From the sequence record PZ338878.1: DNA of 64,000 bases, one strand, 5' to 3'. The position numbers and the translations under genes were made by a program. The notes beneath the pieces are model-generated. The model had not been told where the DNA came from and searched no databases. It saw only the letters and a program-made list of their open reading frames with translations. This stretch comes from a phage. How positions within the stretch are numbered: the stretch's first letter is position 1; each line of letters starts with the position of its first letter. Shown here in pieces: positions 54,672 through 63,999 of the stretch.

Positions 54672-57491
54672 ATGTATCCTATTCCTTTATTTATGTCAAC
54701 AACATCAGCTTCAGTAGTAACAGCTACATCTATAACCACTTCCTCTATTGGTATTGCAATAGTTGGTAGTAAAAAGCAACTGACATACACAGTTTCACCG
54801 GAAGATGGTGCGTTATTTGATATAGCTTTTTCATCTTCAGATAATACCAAAATGGTTATAGATAATAATGGTATGATGGAGTTTGTTGCCGAAGGTGGTT
54901 TTGATGCAATAATGACAGCTAAAAATAATTTAGGTGCTGTCTTAACTGATCAATCTGGTGGCTATGCTTCAGAATTAAGTGTGTACACTGAAAGTCTGTC
55001 TGCTATGGATGCAGGAACTACTCAACAATTGGTTGCTACAATCAGTCCAGAAGGTGCTAAAGACCTTCCAGACATGGTAATTACGTACACCACAACAGAT
55101 CCAGAAGTAGCTACTGTAAGTCCTACAGGATTAATAACTGCTCTTAAAGATGGCAGTTGCCGTATAGGTTGCACTGCAACTTATCAAGGAACAGTGGTGG
55201 CCTCTGATAGTTCTTATTTAGGTGTTAATGCTGTTCCTGTTATTTCTAATGTAACAGCCGTGGCAAACAGCTATGGAGACATTCGTGTTGCTTGGGATGT
55301 AGCTGATCCGCTAGATGGTGATACTTATACTGTAGAAGTATTAGATTTAAGTAATAACAGTGTCCAGTGGACTACAACAACCACGAATACTTACGCTTAC
55401 TTTGATATCTCTGACTCTATTCCTCTTTATGGGTTTGCTCCAACATACCTTAAAATTAGCGTTAAGAGCACCAAAGCAGCACCCGTTATCTTTAATAACT
55501 CAATAGCTACAGATGATTCATTCATTAAAGAAGTTATTGTCTTTGCTGGACAAGATAACGTAAATGCACACTTTACAGAACTATCTGGTGCAAATAAAGC
55601 AGCAATGAGTAGCACAACAGCCCGTAATGCATATGCTACGCAACGTGGTTTAGCAAATGCTGAAGTTCTCCCGTTAAATACAGCTTCTGGATCATCAGCA
55701 GCAGATAAATATGCTGACGATAAAGCTGGAACAGGTACACCAGACAACTACTGGTATGATCTGGATAACACAGCAGATGGGCCATGCTTAACTAACTTTA
55801 TCACTAAAGTCACACCTTATGCAAGTAAGGTTAAAGCGATTATTTGGGGACAAGGTGAAAATGATGCTGTATCAGCATCTTCAACTGTTGCAGGTAGATA
55901 CAGTAACACTACACGTTACCATGATGCTACGATAGCTATCTTTGATAAGATGCGTACAATAGTTCCTGCTTCTCAAGCAAAAATTGTTTGGCAGATCCTA
56001 GGACGTTCTTATTTATATGGTGTAGAAGTTAATGGTGTGGATTGGCAGAAATACAGAAATGTACAAAGAACCATCTCTACAGCACGTGACGATGTTATCA
56101 TTGGTTCTTGGGTGGATGGTGCTGAACGCTACAGTGGTTATGTTTATGAAGAAGGTATTGCTGGTCGTATCCATTATATTTCTTCTGTATACCAAACAGC
56201 AGCTACAAAACTTGCTAAATCAGCAGCAGACGGTACAGACCTAACATCAACGTCACCTGTTTGGGTTGATATGGCTGTTCCAACTGGAGCAACAGCTATT
56301 TCCCAATCTAATCAAGATATAATTTTAGCATGGGATGCTCAAGGTTATAGTAAACACTACTTCCGTAATATTAACGTCTTAACAGCATCTGTATTAACTG
56401 AACAAACCCTTAATACGAACAGTTATACGTTTACCTATGCAGATCAAGTAGAACAATATGGTTTTGCAGCAGGTACTACGGTATTTGATGTTGCATATTA
56501 TGACGAAGCAAATGATGTGTTATCTCCTTTAGTACGTTTTAATGTTAGCGTTACAGCAGGAAAAGTAGAAGATAAACCTGTCGTGATGGATTATGATTTG
56601 ACACAAGAAACTCTTCCATCAGATGTTAAGGTTAATGGTGGGAACTCTTTTGCTCGTGCTTCTGGAGATAAACTTGTAGCCACTAACACCTTGGTTGCTC
56701 CGTTGGAGTATGTTGGTACTACCCCTGTAGGTAGACGTGTAACAGCTAACACAGCTACACAAATTTTTGTCAACAACGCCTTAACAAGCGCAAGCCCGTG
56801 GGTAAAGACCAACTTAACTGTTGCAGCTTCATCTGATAACTCTCCGGCTGGAACTACTGCTAATGTATTCAAATTAACTCCGACTACAACCTCTGGTAGT
56901 CATATCTTAACTGCAACATATACTAACGCGTACAACATATCTGCCGGACGTAACTGGTCTGCCTCTGTTTTCTTGAAAGCGAACGGGATTACTAAGGCCA
57001 AACTAAGATTAAAAGCAGGAACTGAAGTTAATGAGGGTACTTTTGATTTAGCAGCAGGTACATTCGCAGGAAGTGAAGCTAATATTATATCTATGGGCAA
57101 CGGTTGGTATCGTGCTATTCTGCATAAAACAGGGATAGCCAAACAGTCCTCCATAAGTTTTGAAATAATTGCCTTGGATGCAACTGGTGCGGAGATTTTC
57201 GCTGGAGATGGTACTAGTAACCTTGCAGTTTGGTTGCCACAGCTTGAAGGTGCTTCTACAGGAGACACATCAAAAGCTGGATCGCCTTATGTCTGCACAT
57301 ATCCTGGAAATTTAGGAGGAGTATCCTTCACTATACCAAGGAACGGACATACTGGTGTGGATGTTTACTATTCCAACGGAGACGTTGTTCGTGACGTATT
57401 CTCTGGTACGGCATCTACTTGGACAATAAACTACTCCAGCTTGTACGATTGGGGATCAGTCTTTATTACAGGTTTGAAATATTACGACTAA
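54672..57491 (+). CDS. tail protein with Ig-like segments and a SASA/SGNH-type carbohydrate esterase-like domain
   Basis: VIVFAGQDNVNAHF (GQxN block) and IWGQGENDA (QGExD block) resemble sialate O-acetylesterase motifs, with Asp in place of the usual Ser. Confidence 0.45.
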   Translation: MYPIPLFMSTTSASVVTATSITTSSIGIAIVGSKKQLTYTVSPEDGALFDIAFSSSDNTKMVIDNNGMMEFVAEGGFDAIMTAKNNLGAVLTDQSGGYASELSVYTESLSAMDAGTTQQLVATISPEGAKDLPDMVITYTTTDPEVATVSPTGLITALKDGSCRIGCTATYQGTVVASDSSYLGVNAVPVISNVTAVANSYGDIRVAWDVADPLDGDTYTVEVLDLSNNSVQWTTTTTNTYAYFDISDSIPLYGFAPTYLKISVKSTKAAPVIFNNSIATDDSFIKEVIVFAGQDNVNAHFTELSGANKAAMSSTTARNAYATQRGLANAEVLPLNTASGSSAADKYADDKAGTGTPDNYWYDLDNTADGPCLTNFITKVTPYASKVKAIIWGQGENDAVSASSTVAGRYSNTTRYHDATIAIFDKMRTIVPASQAKIVWQILGRSYLYGVEVNGVDWQKYRNVQRTISTARDDVIIGSWVDGAERYSGYVYEEGIAGRIHYISSVYQTAATKLAKSAADGTDLTSTSPVWVDMAVPTGATAISQSNQDIILAWDAQGYSKHYFRNINVLTASVLTEQTLNTNSYTFTYADQVEQYGFAAGTTVFDVAYYDEANDVLSPLVRFNVSVTAGKVEDKPVVMDYDLTQETLPSDVKVNGGNSFARASGDKLVATNTLVAPLEYVGTTPVGRRVTANTATQIFVNNALTSASPWVKTNLTVAASSDNSPAGTTANVFKLTPTTTSGSHILTATYTNAYNISAGRNWSASVFLKANGITKAKLRLKAGTEVNEGTFDLAAGTFAGSEANIISMGNGWYRAILHKTGIAKQSSISFEIIALDATGAEIFAGDGTSNLAVWLPQLEGASTGDTSKAGSPYVCTYPGNLGGVSFTIPRNGHTGVDVYYSNGDVVRDVFSGTASTWTINYSSLYDWGSVFITGLKYYD

Positions 57492-57492
57492 T

Positions 57493-57523
57493 AAAAAAGG
57501 AGCCATTAGGCTCCTTTTCTTTT
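57493..57523. terminator. bidirectional hairpin terminator between convergent genes
   Basis: AAAAGGAGCC-ATTA-GGCTCCTTTT with A/T runs on both sides. Confidence 0.55.
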
Positions 57524-57526
57524 ATC

Positions 57527-57958
57527 TTAATCAGTGAAAATTACGCTCACATCTTCTTTAGAGAAGAGTTTATGATCTTCACCTTTTGTCTCAAGAGTTT
57601 CATACAGGTTAAGAAGTTCTGAAACATCTTTCTCTACCAGTTTCTTCAATGTTGCAATTTTCTGTTTGCGATTCTTAATACGTTCAGCTACAACCTTACG
57701 TTGGTATCCAGCAGTACGATAACCTGAGAAAGTTACACCAGTAAGACTTGCAGTTACAGGATCGTAGTGACGTTCAATCTGAAATTTATTAAAAGGTACA
57801 GCGTCATCACGAATAATCTTACCGCCATTACTTACTTGACGAAGACCAGTAACTTGTTCCAGTCGTGCCATAGAAATCTTTGGAGACAGACCAGAGTCCA
57901 AATTCATACCGTTGTTAATCAGTGCTTTCAGGGTGATTTTGCTGTTCAGTGTACTCAT
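57527..57958 (-). CDS. hypothetical protein (143 aa)
   Basis: ORF overlapped at its 5' end by the methyltransferase gene. Confidence 0.45.
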   Translation of the reverse strand: MSTLNSKITLKALINNGMNLDSGLSPKISMARLEQVTGLRQVSNGGKIIRDDAVPFNKFQIERHYDPVTASLTGVTFSGYRTAGYQRKVVAERIKNRKQKIATLKKLVEKDVSELLNLYETLETKGEDHKLFSKEDVSVIFTD

Positions 57959-58646
57959 TTAGTCGTTCCTCCGCTTGCTTAAAAATATTTACATCGGCTT
58001 CACAGCCTAAGTATTCTCTACCTGTTAAAAGTGCCGCAACTTGTGTTGTTGCACTTCCAGAGAAGAAGTCTAAGACTACATCTCCTTCGTTGGTATGTAT
58101 ATTAATAAGGTCACAAAACAAAGTCAAGTGTTTTTGTGTTGGATGAAAACGATCTGCTCCTTGATAGATAGGATACTCAAACACACCCTTATGGTAGGAA
58201 GCATTGAAGGTTGGCTTCGAACCTTTAACACAAACAATAGCCATCTCTTTAGCGTTACTAAGGTAGTTAACACCACTGTTGATGGGTACAGGGTTTGTTT
58301 TAATCCATTCAATAGTACGGAACATACGAAAACCAAGCGGTTCAAGGATTTCACGTAGTTCCTGGATCTTCCAGATATCATACCAAACTATGCAAGTACC
58401 ACCTTTTCTAAGCACCCTATAGGCTTCTTTGAATACTTCTTTAAAGTAAGGAATATCTACAACATCCCAGTCACCAAAGTTGTAAGATACACGGAATCTA
58501 TCCGTATCTTTTCCAGTAGGTTCTCCAGATTGAAAATTTGTGTCACGAGAAATAGCATATGGTGGGTCAGTAAGAATCAAATCTACACTATTGCTTTCGA
58601 GGGTTTGCAGGTAGTTTAATGCGGTGTTGTTTACAAATTCGCTCAT
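57915..58646 (-). CDS. DNA methyltransferase (N6-adenine or N4-cytosine, beta-class motif order)
   Basis: Motif IV LILTDPPYAI precedes motif I VVLDFFSGSATT; GAAGGAGA RBS. Confidence 0.7.
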   Translation of the reverse strand: MSEFVNNTALNYLQTLESNSVDLILTDPPYAISRDTNFQSGEPTGKDTDRFRVSYNFGDWDVVDIPYFKEVFKEAYRVLRKGGTCIVWYDIWKIQELREILEPLGFRMFRTIEWIKTNPVPINSGVNYLSNAKEMAIVCVKGSKPTFNASYHKGVFEYPIYQGADRFHPTQKHLTLFCDLINIHTNEGDVVLDFFSGSATTQVAALLTGREYLGCEADVNIFKQAEERLNEYTEQQNHPESTD

Positions 58647-58657
58647 TATATCTCCTT

Positions 58658-58684
58658 CAAAGAAAAGGAGCCGTTAGGCTCCTT
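58658..58684 (-). terminator. rho-independent terminator, near-identical copy of the 57493 hairpin
   Basis: Minus-strand AAGGAGCC-TAAC-GGCTCCTT then TTTCTTTG. Confidence 0.5.
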
Positions 58685-58706
58685 ATATTCACACAATATT
58701 TAATTA

Positions 58707-59654
58707 TTAGAAACAGTGCAGGAAGTTTCGACCATATTGCAAACCAATAGGAGCAAACGGGATATCATCATCGAAATCTTGAACAACAGGTTCTGGTTCT
58801 TTCGGTGCTGGCTCTTTCTTCTCTACTTTTTTAGTTTCTTTCTTAACTTCTTGTACTGGGGTAGACATTCCACGGATAGCAGCAGCTACTTTATCAGACA
58901 AAGCAAGAACTTCACGAGCAGCTTCAATAATCTCTTCTGCCGTTACAGTTTTACCTGTATGATCACGACAAGCGTTAAGAATTGCGTGTCCAACTGAAGC
59001 ACCAAGATCATAGTCAGTTACATCAACGCCACGATCTTTAGCAATTTCAGCTTTCAGAGTAACAGTTGCAGATTGTACCACACCAGCCAAGTCGAAAGCA
59101 TCACCTTTCACACCAGCACGTAGAAGCTCCAGAGCGCCGTTTACAGCGTGTCCTGTTTCAATCCCTACGGTATCACGTTTTTTGTAGTTAGGCTTGTTAC
59201 CGTCATTATTAGATGGCTTATTTCCACCTTTTGAAGAGGATTGCGCTTGCTGAACACCTTCTGTTGAAAGAATAGTGATTTTACCTTTAGAGGAGTTGTA
59301 GTATGTTTTGCCATTCCATTCGGAAGGTTTAACATCCATAGTTAGTTCTACGCCTTTTTCGATAGTAACCCACTTATCACCATCTTTAACTTGCAGGTTT
59401 TCATGTTCTGGGTGCAGTTTAACTTCACCTAGGCTAACCCAAACACCTTTATCATCAGCACCAGCACCTTTCTCTTTAATAAGCAGAGATGCTTTGTGAG
59501 TTGATTCAATTTTCTTATCTGGCTGACCTGCAACCTTAATATAAGAGACTTTCATTTCATCAAACTTATCTAGTTTGACATATTCGACAATACCTTCAGC
59601 CCAGAATGCTTCTTTTTTAGTACGGCGGTCGATTTCAGAATTAATTACTGGCAT
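58707..59654 (-). CDS. single-stranded DNA-binding protein-like
   Basis: Acidic DFDDDIPF motif (as at the E. coli SSB C-terminal tip, from memory) near the C-terminus; Gly/Asn/Lys-rich linker; 315 aa. Confidence 0.45.
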   Translation of the reverse strand: MPVINSEIDRRTKKEAFWAEGIVEYVKLDKFDEMKVSYIKVAGQPDKKIESTHKASLLIKEKGAGADDKGVWVSLGEVKLHPEHENLQVKDGDKWVTIEKGVELTMDVKPSEWNGKTYYNSSKGKITILSTEGVQQAQSSSKGGNKPSNNDGNKPNYKKRDTVGIETGHAVNGALELLRAGVKGDAFDLAGVVQSATVTLKAEIAKDRGVDVTDYDLGASVGHAILNACRDHTGKTVTAEEIIEAAREVLALSDKVAAAIRGMSTPVQEVKKETKKVEKKEPAPKEPEPVVQDFDDDIPFAPIGLQYGRNFLHCF

Positions 59655-59670
59655 AAATTCTCCTCTATAA

Positions 59671-60069
59671 TTACATTACTTTAACACAAAACTCTCGTAA
59701 AAGAGTAGCGTCAGTTTCTTCCAACAGGTATTTACCAAGACCAATACCAAATCCTATTTCACCACTTTCAAAATGGAGAATTTGTATCTTTTCTCCACCA
59801 AGGTTAATTACTTTTGCTTTTCCAGGATTGTCCAAAACATCTCGTATTGTGTCCTGTAGTAGCATTAGTTCACGTTTTGTAATAGTGGTTTCAGATATCT
59901 CTTTGTCTTCTACCCGCACTGTTAAACGGTTGTATCCACCAAAGAGACATAGTATTTGAATAAAAAAGGTATTATCTTGAGGTTCAACATCTTTTTTAGT
60001 TAGTTCAAGACGATTAGTTTCTCTACTATAGAACGTCTCGACTAAGATTTTAGAACGATTGTCTGTCAT
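59671..60069 (-). CDS. hypothetical protein (132 aa)
   Basis: ORF with GAGGA upstream. Confidence 0.45.
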   Translation of the reverse strand: MTDNRSKILVETFYSRETNRLELTKKDVEPQDNTFFIQILCLFGGYNRLTVRVEDKEISETTITKRELMLLQDTIRDVLDNPGKAKVINLGGEKIQILHFESGEIGFGIGLGKYLLEETDATLLREFCVKVM

Positions 60070-60079
60070 TCAAGTCCTC

Positions 60080-60109
60080 ATAATAACACATAATTGTAAG
60101 GTTTGTCAA
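60080..60109 (-). promoter_or_regulatory. sigma70-type promoter on the minus strand (TTGACA, 18 nt, TGt-TATTAT)
   Basis: Perfect -35 and extended -10 read on the minus strand; only about 10 nt from the ATG at 60069, so the transcript would be near-leaderless. Confidence 0.3.
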
Positions 60110-60112
60110 CAC

Positions 60113-60706
60113 TTAAATCTTAAATTCTTCGTTGTTAAACGAATCTAGTGTACGTACTTCTGGTTTTTTGGGAATGAAAACGTCTTTTACAAAGCGGAAC
60201 ATAGGGAAACGTTCTGCCATTTTACGGACGTGTGCTTCTTTACCTGTGTATCGGTGATTAATAGTGCAAATATTAGTTTTCAATGCAAAGTCAAAATCTG
60301 GATGATATACATAATTTTGACCATCCCAGTAACACAGGCAAATAGCTACGTCAAAATTCCATACGATTTCACTGCGTACACCCTCTTCCATGATCATAAA
60401 GTTAAACTTAAGATCTTTATAGTATGCTTCAAATACCCATTTCAAATGTGGTAGTTCGGCATAAGTGTGTTCTGTTTGCTTAGTAAGTTGTTTAACATTA
60501 CGTGCACCAACACCCAACATCAAAAATTTCTCTACCAGTACGGTTGTATTGTGGTTAGGCATACGCAAGTAAATGTCAATATCTTGCGCAGGTGTTTCTA
60601 ATCGCCAGTCGCGTACAGCGCCGCCAGCTACAATTGCAAACGGATCTACCAGTTGGCACATACGTAATACTTCTAAAGCGCGTACTTTTTGATCTTCAAT
60701 ATTCAT
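60113..60706 (-). CDS. CCA-adding enzyme/poly(A) polymerase-type nucleotidyltransferase head domain
   Basis: AIVAGGAVRDWRLETPAQDIDIY matches the GGxVRD...DxD motif of class II tRNA nucleotidyltransferases; 197 aa. Confidence 0.5.
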   Translation of the reverse strand: MNIEDQKVRALEVLRMCQLVDPFAIVAGGAVRDWRLETPAQDIDIYLRMPNHNTTVLVEKFLMLGVGARNVKQLTKQTEHTYAELPHLKWVFEAYYKDLKFNFMIMEEGVRSEIVWNFDVAICLCYWDGQNYVYHPDFDFALKTNICTINHRYTGKEAHVRKMAERFPMFRFVKDVFIPKKPEVRTLDSFNNEEFKI

Positions 60707-60843
60707 ATTTTCTCCTATCTCTTATGGTCTTTGCGTTATTCTAGATGTTCAAACATCTAATTATGAAATGGTTTAAAAGTGCGGAACAACCTTGGCAATA
60801 ATAGATTGTCCCACATAAAAACTCCTTTAAAATCAAACAGATA

Positions 60844-63423
60844 CTAGTGACAACTGGCCCATGAGTTACCAACATCGTAACCAGCAGTGAGAGGTACATT
60901 AAGATTGTAATACTCACCAGCTTTATTAACAGCGATAGATGCTAATTCTCCAGCACGACTGTAGGCTGTAAACCAACCACCTTTCGGAGATTCATGTACG
61001 TTAGCCCAAATCTTGCCAGTACGTTTCTCTTCTTCTTCTTTCCAGGCGTTAACTTTATCCAAACATTCTTTATCAATTTTCTTTTGTTCTTCTGGATCAT
61101 CAACTTGAGTCCAACCTAAAGATTCTTTAGAGAACCATTTAAAATGCACTAGATCACGAGTTACTTCAAGCTGTGCTTCATCGTGATATGCAATCATTTG
61201 TTGAACGAATGACTTATTTTTCCAGTCATCAACAAAAAAGTCAACAGCTAATCCTTCTTCTTCGATAAGATCATCGTAGATAACCATTGCTCTTTTTGCA
61301 CAAATAACACCACCACTCTGGAACAGAGAGTTAAGTATTGCGTGTGCAGATCGTGTAGGTACTTTCCTACCATCAATACCAAGAATGTATTTCTTACCTG
61401 TTTTAACCCAAAAATCATGCAGACGTTCTTTAAGAAGCGCAAGAGGCTTTGCAGCTTCCCAGAAAGCATCGTATACAAGCTGTCCTGTATACATATCACT
61501 ACCAATAGTTTTTGCTACTTTTGCAGCTTGAGCACCATAGGTAATACCATATTTAACAGATTTAGCAGGGCTTCGTTCAAACTTACGACCAATAGTATCA
61601 GAAATACGTCGAGCCATCATTGTATGAACATCATTAGGTTTTTCCAACAATAGAGCGTTACAATATTCGTGTGGCTCCTGCTCGTACCGCCAACAGTAGT
61701 GTGATTCTATTTTTGCTTCAAGAGAATCGAAGTCATAACCAATCTGGAAGTATTTTGGAACTTCTACACCAAATAAGTTACGCATTTCATATCCGTACAG
61801 AGATGTTACACGTGGAATGTTTGCTACTAATCTATGTTTCATACGAGACGTAGCTGCATCACACGTTGCAGCAGGAGTTGGTATACGACCATCAGCCCTT
61901 ACTGCCGCCAGATAACCTTTATCGTAATCCTCTTCATCTTCTTCCCAATCAGCACCACCACCTAGAATAGAGTTTCTACGATGTTTATACGTAAGATACT
62001 GCACAATCTGCGTAGCATAAGGAAACTTTTCACCCAGTGCTTCCAAGTTAGGACAAATATCTTTCTCTTGCCCTTTTGTAAAGGAAGGGTTAGTAAGCAC
62101 TTTAACACCACGACCTTTAGCTTTAGCAATACGATCTCTTAGTTTCCATTCCAAAGTTTCTGGTGTGCACTCCAGATGATCACATCTATCCTGGCAGAAG
62201 TTAGATGCTAATGTTTGATCAACATAGTCACGAATAGCCTTCTCCATTTGTGCTTCATCTTTCTTAATCTTAGTGCCAGATTTAAGAGTGATATCTTTAT
62301 CTTTATATTCAGATGGACTCCAACCTAAACCAACTAACCAATTTTTAATATGTGTAGTGTCGTCTAAAGTAGCAGGTACTGTAGGATCACAAATAGGTTC
62401 TTCTGCTGGAATAGGTAGTTTAAACTCTTTACCTAATGCAAATAACCACCAACCATCTTCTTTTTGTACAAGTTCACCAGAATGTTTCTCTGCAAACTTT
62501 AGCATGTTACTTGAAGGTTCACCATTCTTTTTAAACTGTAGTTTAGGTGGAATGAATGATTTCAAATAACCTTTAGTAGCAGGTTTAGGAGGTAGCACAG
62601 GTTCTGCCTCTAAACGACATGCTTCCATTCGAGCATCCAGATCACGAATATTATCCTCTGCTTGTTTCATATTGAAAGCAAAGCCACGGTGCTCTTGACG
62701 TGTAATAATATCAGCTACACGTTGTTCTAAGTTAAATGGTTCAGACCACTTATTATAATCACCCCACTCTTCCATCAAATAACGGAACACTGCGGTGTTA
62801 GCTTTGTTATCGTAAATACAGTAATACAGCATATCTGCTGCAAATGTTCTAAATCTTTCAGTTTCAGGGATGTTTTTTCTAAAATCAATTTTAACATCCC
62901 CTCCAGCTTTCTTAGATAACTCTGCCAGACTATGACCACCGAAGCGATCAGGGTTTAGTGTCTTACTTAAGATCATAGTATCACAAATTTCAATGTTACT
63001 ATTACCCCAAGTATTGTACTTAATACTGTAGTTGAGTTTAAAAAATAATTTAATTGCCAGTAAGTCGAAGTTAATGATGTTGTGTCCAACTACTTTGGTA
63101 ATTTTATAGTTTGAATTACCTTTAAATTTACCTGTTCCATTTACAAAATCAGGAAAATCTTTAAGAGGGAAATGGGTATATTCTAAATGCTCATATTCCT
63201 CCAGTCGGTATTCATACTTTCCGTCAGTCTCAATATACGGACGACCATCGAAAAGATATTTATCACCATCATGGAAAGCAATAATCTCTCCAGTATCATG
63301 ACTTTCACACACAATACAGTGCATTGCAAAACTATCTTTTAAACGATATGGACTTGCCAAGTAATCTACACTTTCGTCATTAAGCAAGTTGTTACTTTCA
63401 ATGTCGAAAGTAAAAGCTCCCAT
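60844..63423 (-). CDS. DNA polymerase, family A, with 3'-5' proofreading exonuclease domain
   Basis: FDIESNN (Exo I); DFDSLEAKI (motif A-like); KSVKYGITYG (motif B); YHDEAQLEV (motif C); AAGGAGGGAGA RBS. Confidence 0.75.
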   Translation of the reverse strand: MGAFTFDIESNNLLNDESVDYLASPYRLKDSFAMHCIVCESHDTGEIIAFHDGDKYLFDGRPYIETDGKYEYRLEEYEHLEYTHFPLKDFPDFVNGTGKFKGNSNYKITKVVGHNIINFDLLAIKLFFKLNYSIKYNTWGNSNIEICDTMILSKTLNPDRFGGHSLAELSKKAGGDVKIDFRKNIPETERFRTFAADMLYYCIYDNKANTAVFRYLMEEWGDYNKWSEPFNLEQRVADIITRQEHRGFAFNMKQAEDNIRDLDARMEACRLEAEPVLPPKPATKGYLKSFIPPKLQFKKNGEPSSNMLKFAEKHSGELVQKEDGWWLFALGKEFKLPIPAEEPICDPTVPATLDDTTHIKNWLVGLGWSPSEYKDKDITLKSGTKIKKDEAQMEKAIRDYVDQTLASNFCQDRCDHLECTPETLEWKLRDRIAKAKGRGVKVLTNPSFTKGQEKDICPNLEALGEKFPYATQIVQYLTYKHRRNSILGGGADWEEDEEDYDKGYLAAVRADGRIPTPAATCDAATSRMKHRLVANIPRVTSLYGYEMRNLFGVEVPKYFQIGYDFDSLEAKIESHYCWRYEQEPHEYCNALLLEKPNDVHTMMARRISDTIGRKFERSPAKSVKYGITYGAQAAKVAKTIGSDMYTGQLVYDAFWEAAKPLALLKERLHDFWVKTGKKYILGIDGRKVPTRSAHAILNSLFQSGGVICAKRAMVIYDDLIEEEGLAVDFFVDDWKNKSFVQQMIAYHDEAQLEVTRDLVHFKWFSKESLGWTQVDDPEEQKKIDKECLDKVNAWKEEEEKRTGKIWANVHESPKGGWFTAYSRAGELASIAVNKAGEYYNLNVPLTAGYDVGNSWASCH

Positions 63424-63464
63424 TCTCCCTCCTTAAAATATTTCTAAAGTCTTAATTTGTTAAT

Positions 63465-63493
63465 ACTGTACCATAAATTAATTGTTTTGTAAA
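63465..63493 (-). promoter_or_regulatory. sigma70-type promoter for the DNA polymerase gene (TTTACA, 17 nt, TACAGT)
   Basis: Minus-strand reading; about 35-nt leader containing the RBS. Confidence 0.4.
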
Positions 63494-63510
63494 GGGGCTT
63501 TCGCCCCTTC
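63491..63510 (-). terminator. hairpin terminator downstream of gene 63514-63999
   Basis: GGGGC-GAAA-GCCCC then TTTAC on the minus strand; overlaps the -35 of the polymerase promoter. Confidence 0.35.
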
Positions 63511-63513
63511 TTG

Positions 63514-63999
63514 TTATTTATTGTCAGCACTTAATTGTACTTTAATAAGGCAATTAGGGACACCATTGGTATTTCTCAAACCTACACGGTCAATTTTAAC
63601 TGTCCCTGTTAAGCCACTAAAAGTGGAAACAATGTTATTAATGTTTTCATCCTTACTAGCGATATCAAGAACAACTTTATCACTAACATTTTTCAACATA
63701 CGATCTACAAGCTCTCCCACAAAACCACTGGTAGTTTGAATGAGAAGGTATAGGCAACCATCCTCAAACCACAAATGTTCGCCATAAGCATAACCGTATG
63801 GTTCTAACTCCGATCCATCTTGAAATTTAAACTTGGCAATAGTTTTCGTATAATCATACCCTAACGCAGAAGGGGATACCCCATAGAGGATATTTTCGTT
63901 GTCTTTCATATTTTTCTCCTTAATAAGAACCATCAGGAATATTCTCTGGGTTACTTGTGTATTGATCGTAATCGTGAAGTGTCGCTGTTTTAATCTCAT
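63514..63999 (-). CDS. hypothetical protein (161 aa)
   Basis: ORF upstream of the polymerase gene; start at the window edge. Confidence 0.45.
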   Translation of the reverse strand: MRLKQRHFTITINTQVTQRIFLMVLIKEKNMKDNENILYGVSPSALGYDYTKTIAKFKFQDGSELEPYGYAYGEHLWFEDGCLYLLIQTTSGFVGELVDRMLKNVSDKVVLDIASKDENINNIVSTFSGLTGTVKIDRVGLRNTNGVPNCLIKVQLSADNK

